From Sulfuricurvum sp. (lineage in GTDB: Bacteria; Campylobacterota; Campylobacteria; Campylobacterales; Sulfurimonadaceae): a stretch of 64,000 nucleotides of DNA. A program made the position numbers and the translations under genes. A model generated the notes under the pieces. It was not told the DNA's origin, ran no database searches, and saw only the letters and a list, made by a program, of their open reading frames with translations. Positions 58,383-64,000 of the stretch are shown one piece after another (position 1 is the first letter of the stretch; each line of letters begins with the position of its first letter). The stretch lies in assembly GCA_043759555.1 (NCBI GenBank), contig JAYVLH010000004.1, positions 10,196-74,195 of the forward strand, in the 5' to 3' direction.

Positions 58383-58946
58383 CTAGATTTTTGTATCTAT
58401 TTTCGTCAGGTCTTCACGAAGTGTTGATAGTTCTTTGCGATAACGTTCACCGTCTCCGTAAGGGGTAAATTTAAAGTAATGGGCATGATGGAAGCGCAGT
58501 TTACGTGCGTGTCGAATCGGACACCAGAACTGCTCTGTTCGTGCGACTACTTCTGTCGTATACCCAAGAAGACCGCCAAAGTAAGAACAATAAAAGCAAT
58601 TTATTTTTTCAACAATATTTAGAAACTCCAAACTTGCACGATCAAAGGCAAAATAATCTTTGCGCAGAACAGGAGCAATTTTATAGATTCTAAAATTGAT
58701 CATTTGATAAATAAACAAGAAAAATTCTAAAATCAATGCAGGGATGATACCGGCATAGATAATAGGAGCCGTCAAAAGATGCAGTAAGGGTGCACGAGCC
58801 AAATAAACAAGGAGATTTATTTTAAACTTTTTTTGTACAGCGAGAAGATCGCGTGAAAGTTTTTGTTCTTCTTGGTCAATCTCTTTTATCAGATTTTCTT
58901 CGAGAATACGCATCGCGTTAAAAAGTTCGTCAATTTTTGGGTTCAT
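58383..58946 (-). CDS. Conserved hypothetical membrane-associated protein
   Basis: EKINCFYCSY and EQFWCPIRH motifs; start set at MNPKI. Confidence 0.7.
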   Translation of the reverse strand: MNPKIDELFNAMRILEENLIKEIDQEEQKLSRDLLAVQKKFKINLLVYLARAPLLHLLTAPIIYAGIIPALILEFFLFIYQMINFRIYKIAPVLRKDYFAFDRASLEFLNIVEKINCFYCSYFGGLLGYTTEVVARTEQFWCPIRHARKLRFHHAHYFKFTPYGDGERYRKELSTLREDLTKIDTKI

Positions 58947-59237
58947 GGAGTATCTTTGTATGTTAGGATACATAAGTCTATCAAGCGAACCTTCAAAGCT
59001 TTGTACTATCTCGAAGTTATGGATTAAAATAATTATTAACATGTTTTTATACATAAATAGATGTTAATAATTATTGTGCTATTATACGATTAATATAAAT
59101 ATAATTAAATTATATTATTTAATTTCTTGATATTTCTTTCGTAAGAAAGGGATTCTCTTTCTGTATTCTTTGTACTTTGTCTTTTAAAAGTATGCCGAGT
59201 CAATGTAAAAGACGCACCAAGAAAAAAAAGGTTCAAC

Positions 59238-60554
59238 ATGCTTGACATGAATAGAAAATTCGCGAACGAAATTGCATCGGGAAGTCCTAGTAAAATTCGC
59301 CGTCTTCAAGCAGAAGAAATCACCCAAAGAATAGCGACACTCTCACAACAAGATTTCGAAACATTATCGCCTGTAGAAACACAGCGGATTTTTCATGAGT
59401 TACAACTGTATCAAATTGAATTTGAGATGCAAAACGAAGAATTGCGCCGAATACAAATAGAACTTGACACAGAAAAAGAACGTTATTTTGATCTTTACAA
59501 TATTGCACCGGTGGGGTATTGTACTCTTAGCGAGCACGGTTTGATTAAGCAAGCCAACCTTACAGCGGCCACACTGCTGGGGGTAAGTCAAAATGAGCTG
59601 ATCAAGCAGCCAATTACCCGTTTTATTACCAAAGAACACCAAGGAAACTACTACCTTTACCGTAAACAGTTTGATCAATCTGTCAAATCACACTCGTGTG
59701 AACTGCGTATGATGCGTCATGATGGAACACAATTTTGGGCCCACCTTGAAGCTACCAATGCCCAAAATCCTAATAATACATCCGAATATCATCTCATAAT
59801 CAGCGATATTAGCAAGTATGTAAGTATGAAAGATACGTTAAAACTTAATGAAAATATCATGCTTGCACAATCACAAAAAGCAGCTATGGGGGAACTGATG
59901 TCCATGATCGCGCATCAATGGAGACAGCCTCTCAATAATATGGCACTTATAAATCAGGATATGTATATTAAATGGGGATTGGGTAAATTGGATTCGCCAA
60001 GTTTTTACAGCTCTCATGAACAGATGGATGAAATTTTACAGTTTATGTCCAAAACGATCGATGATTTTAGGAATTTTTTCATACCGGATCAACCAAAAGA
60101 GCTAATATCGATAGAGGAAGTATTAAGCAACACTTTGAAAATTGTCGGTCAAAGTCTTAATCATCTAAATATTCAAATAAACATTCAGAACAATAGCCAA
60201 ACTGCTTTTCTGATTCACAAAAATTCATTGGTACAAGTTTTCCTTAATATTTTAACCAATGCAAAAAATGCCCTTGAAGCTAATTCTGTGAAACCTGCCG
60301 CTATTATGATAAGTATTGATGAAATCCAAGAATCACTGGTTGTCACGATATGTGATAATGGAGGAGGTATTCCTCAAAATATTGTGGATAAAATCGGTCA
60401 GCCCTATTTTACAACTAAAGGACTTATGGGTACTGGATTGGGACTGCATATCTCTCAAACAATTATCGAAAAATATTTTAACGGAACACTCATCTGGTAC
60501 AACAAACCCGAAGGAGCTTGCTTTGTCATAACTTTGAATGTTGATAATGCATAA
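59238..60554 (+). CDS. PAS-domain sensor histidine kinase
   Basis: Coiled coil ELQLYQIEFEMQNEEL, PAS, H-box IAHQWRQPL, DNGGG, GTGLGL. Confidence 0.92.
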   Translation: MLDMNRKFANEIASGSPSKIRRLQAEEITQRIATLSQQDFETLSPVETQRIFHELQLYQIEFEMQNEELRRIQIELDTEKERYFDLYNIAPVGYCTLSEHGLIKQANLTAATLLGVSQNELIKQPITRFITKEHQGNYYLYRKQFDQSVKSHSCELRMMRHDGTQFWAHLEATNAQNPNNTSEYHLIISDISKYVSMKDTLKLNENIMLAQSQKAAMGELMSMIAHQWRQPLNNMALINQDMYIKWGLGKLDSPSFYSSHEQMDEILQFMSKTIDDFRNFFIPDQPKELISIEEVLSNTLKIVGQSLNHLNIQINIQNNSQTAFLIHKNSLVQVFLNILTNAKNALEANSVKPAAIMISIDEIQESLVVTICDNGGGIPQNIVDKIGQPYFTTKGLMGTGLGLHISQTIIEKYFNGTLIWYNKPEGACFVITLNVDNA

Positions 60555-60632
60555 ATTACAGTAGAATAAGAAATATGACCTAATTAACAGTTTTATCTCA
60601 GATATCAAAAAAAGCAAGGGAATATACAATAG

Positions 60633-62927
60633 ATGGAATATTCAGAGAGCATCATCAACACCGTACGTGAACCCTTAATCGTTTTAGATCAAAATTTAAG
60701 GGTGGTTTCCGTCAGCCGCTCTTTTTATGAATTTTTTAAGGTCAAGCCTGAGGAGACGATGGGACAGCTGATTTATGATCTTGGAAATAAACAGTGGGAT
60801 ATCCCAAAATTGCGGGAACTGCTCGAAACCGTCCTTCCTCAGCAGACCACTTTTGATGACTATGAGGTTGAACACGATTTTGCCACCATCGGCAGACGCA
60901 TCATGCTTTTGAATGCCCGGCAGATCGAACAGGCCAGCGGTAAAAAGAAGATCATTCTTCTGGCTATCGAGGGCATTACAGAGCGTAAGGCGATAGAAGA
61001 TAGGTTGGAACATGCTAAACAAGCAGCTGAGTTAGCAGCAAAAGCAAAATCCGATTTTTTAGCCAATATGAGTCATGAAATACGGACGCCGCTAAACGGT
61101 ATTATCGGCTTGAACAATTTGATCTTGAAAACTTCTTTAACACCGTTGCAGGAAGATTACATGATTAAATCACAGCAGTCATCGAATGCATTGCTCAGCG
61201 TCATTAATGATATTTTGGATTATTCAAAAATCGAAGCGGGCAAGTTGGAATTTGAAGAGAAAGCTTTTTCAATAGAGACCGTATTGCGGAATGTTTCTGA
61301 TTTATTTGAATATGCTATCATCAAAAAATCACTCGAGATACATATCGATATCCATCCGGATACACCGCAAATACTCAGAGGTGATTCTCTGAGGTTGGGG
61401 CAGGTGTTTAATAATCTTGTCGGAAATGCCGTCAAGTTTACGGAAACAGGGGATATTACGATCCGAGTTGAGCCGATATCTCAAACCGAAACACATGTCC
61501 AGCTACAGTGTTCGGTCAGCGATACCGGTATTGGAATGAGCGAAAAAGAACAAGCCAAACTTTTTCAGGCATTTTCTCAAACCGATACTTCCAATACCCG
61601 TAAATACGGCGGAACGGGTCTTGGGCTTACCATTTGCAGCCAATTGGTTGAACTCATGTCTGGACGGATATGGCAAGAGAGTATTAAATCAAAAGGTTCG
61701 ATTTTTTATTTTACAGTACAGCTTCAAAAGGATGACTCTGAAGGAACTTCTCTTCTTAATCCCCATTATTTTCGTAATCTGCGTTTTTTGGTCGTCGATG
61801 ACAATCAGCTTGAGCGTGAGCTTATCGGTAGTATCTTGTCATCTTGGGGTGCATGTCCAATACTGTGCGAGAATGGTCAAGAAGCGATTGATCTGGCGAA
61901 AAATCAGCCATTTGACTATTTAATTATCGATTGGAAGATGCCGGGTATTGATGGTATTGATGTTATCAAAATTCTTCAAAAAAAGCTAAAAGCCACTTTT
62001 CCAAAAGTAATCATGGTAACCGCTTACAACAAAGAAAAATTGCTGCAAGCGGCTTTACTTCGGGATGTACAGCTGGATAAAATTCTTCATAAGCCTGTTA
62101 CGCCATCCGTATTGTTTAACTCTATCACGGAAACAGATATGATAGATAAACTTGAAGGAAATACCTCTGATAGATGCTTTTTTGCAGGGGGGAAGGTGCT
62201 GGTTGTTGAAGACAACGAGATCAACCAACTAGTCGCACGCGATTTACTTGAATCATTCGGGCTGGATGTGAGCATGGCTGATAATGGAAAAGAAGCGGTC
62301 AAGAAAGTAAAAAATGGATCATACGATTTGATACTGATGGATCTGCAAATGCCCATCATGGACGGATTTGAAGCAACCCGTAAAATTCGTGAGTTCAATC
62401 GAGACATTCCTATTTTTGCTTTAAGTGCAGCCGTGATGGAACATGATAAGGAACTCACTATTGCTGCGGGTATGAACGATCATCTCGCAAAACCGATAAA
62501 CGTGGATGAATTACAGCGTCTATTAGAACATTATTTAAAAACCGGATGGATAGAGGAAGATGTCGTTTCTCACAACGACGATGCATTCTATGGAATTAAT
62601 ATCACAGAGCTCTCTAAAAAATCCAAACAGCCTGAAAATATAAAACGTTTTTTGCAGCTTTTCGCAGATGAGCATCGAGATTTTGATCTAAAAATCATGA
62701 GTGCTCCTCTAGGTAGCGAAACTTATAAGCAACTGATCCATACGCTTATAGGAGTAAGCGGGAATGTATCAGCAACAACAGTCTATGATATTGTTAAAGC
62801 AATCAATGACAGCGATGATGAGAATGTACAAAAAGAGCTGATTCCCCATTTGATTGAGGAAGTAAATCAAGTGATACTATCGATCGATAAGCGATACTGT
62901 CATATTGATATTATGCCGAAATTATGA
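60633..62927 (+). CDS. Cytoplasmic hybrid kinase PAS-HisKA-HATPase-REC-REC-Hpt
   Basis: MSHEIRTPLNG, YGGTGLGL, IDWKMP, MDLQMP, IHTLIGVSGN. Confidence 0.92.
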   Translation: MEYSESIINTVREPLIVLDQNLRVVSVSRSFYEFFKVKPEETMGQLIYDLGNKQWDIPKLRELLETVLPQQTTFDDYEVEHDFATIGRRIMLLNARQIEQASGKKKIILLAIEGITERKAIEDRLEHAKQAAELAAKAKSDFLANMSHEIRTPLNGIIGLNNLILKTSLTPLQEDYMIKSQQSSNALLSVINDILDYSKIEAGKLEFEEKAFSIETVLRNVSDLFEYAIIKKSLEIHIDIHPDTPQILRGDSLRLGQVFNNLVGNAVKFTETGDITIRVEPISQTETHVQLQCSVSDTGIGMSEKEQAKLFQAFSQTDTSNTRKYGGTGLGLTICSQLVELMSGRIWQESIKSKGSIFYFTVQLQKDDSEGTSLLNPHYFRNLRFLVVDDNQLERELIGSILSSWGACPILCENGQEAIDLAKNQPFDYLIIDWKMPGIDGIDVIKILQKKLKATFPKVIMVTAYNKEKLLQAALLRDVQLDKILHKPVTPSVLFNSITETDMIDKLEGNTSDRCFFAGGKVLVVEDNEINQLVARDLLESFGLDVSMADNGKEAVKKVKNGSYDLILMDLQMPIMDGFEATRKIREFNRDIPIFALSAAVMEHDKELTIAAGMNDHLAKPINVDELQRLLEHYLKTGWIEEDVVSHNDDAFYGINITELSKKSKQPENIKRFLQLFADEHRDFDLKIMSAPLGSETYKQLIHTLIGVSGNVSATTVYDIVKAINDSDDENVQKELIPHLIEEVNQVILSIDKRYCHIDIMPKL

Positions 62928-63531
62928 GAGGAACGAAGCGAAATCCTGGAAGTTCATATGCACTTATTTCTTCATTAGCATCTTTGCTAATGCGCCAGAC
63001 ACTTTCTAAAATAGGAATGACCAGCACTCCTCCCGGCTTTAGTTGTTTTAGCAGTGCCATAGGCATTTCACTGGCACTGGCAGAAACGAGAATACGGTCG
63101 TAAAGATGCCCCGGTTTACCTAGAGTAGATGGATCTGCTAGCTCAATGGACGCATTGTCAATATGAGCTCTTTTTAAACTGTTTCTCCCATATTCAACCA
63201 ATAAAGGAAGCCGTTCGACGCCCTCTACGAATCCATTTTTTCCAACTGCAGAGGCTAAAAGCGCCGTTGTCCATCCAGACCCCGACCCAATATCTAAAAC
63301 TCTATTTCCTTCTTGAGGATGTAAAAGCTCCAGCATAATGGCAACTGTAGAGGGCTGGGAAATGGTCTGTCCCATACCGATGGAAAGCGGATAGTCGCCA
63401 TAGGTATCGAATGATGATCCATTGGTTATAAACATCATGCGGTTACATCGTCGGAATGCTTCAATCAAAGCAGGGGAATACAGGACGCCTAATGCGATCA
63501 TGTGATCAATAAGTGCTTGGTTGCTGTTCAT
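62911..63531 (-). CDS. pcm: Protein-L-isoaspartate O-methyltransferase
   Basis: GQTISQP, VLDIGSGSGW, YDRILVSA, FVPL. Confidence 0.93.
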   Translation of the reverse strand: MNSNQALIDHMIALGVLYSPALIEAFRRCNRMMFITNGSSFDTYGDYPLSIGMGQTISQPSTVAIMLELLHPQEGNRVLDIGSGSGWTTALLASAVGKNGFVEGVERLPLLVEYGRNSLKRAHIDNASIELADPSTLGKPGHLYDRILVSASASEMPMALLKQLKPGGVLVIPILESVWRISKDANEEISAYELPGFRFVPLIISA

Positions 63532-63545
63532 GATGAGATGTACCC

Positions 63546-63884
63546 TTACTTGTCTACAACGGTTCTTGCCGATGGATTTGCCAACAATCGGTCAACAGGT
63601 ATTTTTTGTCCTGTTTTTTCACATATGCCATACGTTCCGGCTTTTATACGCTCTAATGCCGCATTTATCTCGACTAGTTGTGTTTCAAGCTGTCGAAGAA
63701 GGGCTTGATCGGTTGTGTTGTCGATTTGGAGTTCTGCCATATCCCCCAAATCATTGATGTTATCTTCATCACCAAGCGCATTGACTTCTGCTTTTAAAGA
63801 GGTCATGATGTGAGAGATCTCTTCTTTTTCTTTAGTGAGATTTTTTTCAAAATCATCGATATTTAAATCATATTGCGTGTGCAT
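63546..63884 (-). CDS. dksA: DksA/TraR-family protein with a single Cys
   Basis: DLGDMA coiled-coil tip, ALERIKAGTYGICEKTG. Confidence 0.8.
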   Translation of the reverse strand: MHTQYDLNIDDFEKNLTKEKEEISHIMTSLKAEVNALGDEDNINDLGDMAELQIDNTTDQALLRQLETQLVEINAALERIKAGTYGICEKTGQKIPVDRLLANPSARTVVDK

Positions 63885-64000
63885 GTTTTATCCTTTTTTT
63901 TATTTACTGCCAAATCCCATGCAGTTTATAACCGCATGATGGGCAACTATTATGATGTATTAAATGGTTGGTGACGTACTGACCAATATGACCATGCCTA

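Overview
64 kb of mostly core chromosome from a free-living Campylobacterota (epsilonproteobacterium). Gene content suggests a Sulfuricurvum/Sulfurimonas-like organism (inference from mqnC, N-terminally extended AtpE, 6S RNA before purD and NIT/Hpt signalling). Housekeeping blocks: bamD-lon, tilS-rimO, kdsA-ribH-nusB-mqnC-M16 peptidase-recG, hpf, uvrC, nadB, guaA-hemD-ssrS-purD-RDD-lptD-MCE-pnp, atpE-tRNA-Leu(GAG), mnmH-selD, ahpC, pcm-dksA. Accessory loci of note: (1) a toxin-antitoxin pair bounded by a 22-bp direct repeat containing RBS plus start codon, placed between a sigma28-like promoter and an MSHA-like adhesin/minor-pilin operon; (2) a PAS-Hpt-NIT hybrid kinase-receiver phosphorelay; (3) a PAS plus chemoreceptor pair whose MCP is broken by one in-frame TGA; (4) a porin, FMN-binding protein and two His-containing membrane proteins divergent from apbE with a Fur-box-like site, the best candidate for an undescribed flavinylation-based electron-transfer system; (5) an MCE protein with an apparent C-terminal beta-barrel; (6) CGTC-type REP-like palindromes, some translated inside proteins; (7) an uncalled LptM-like lipoprotein and several likely leaderless genes. 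No CRISPR array, integrase or transposase was seen. All calls come from motif recognition by eye; no database searches were run.
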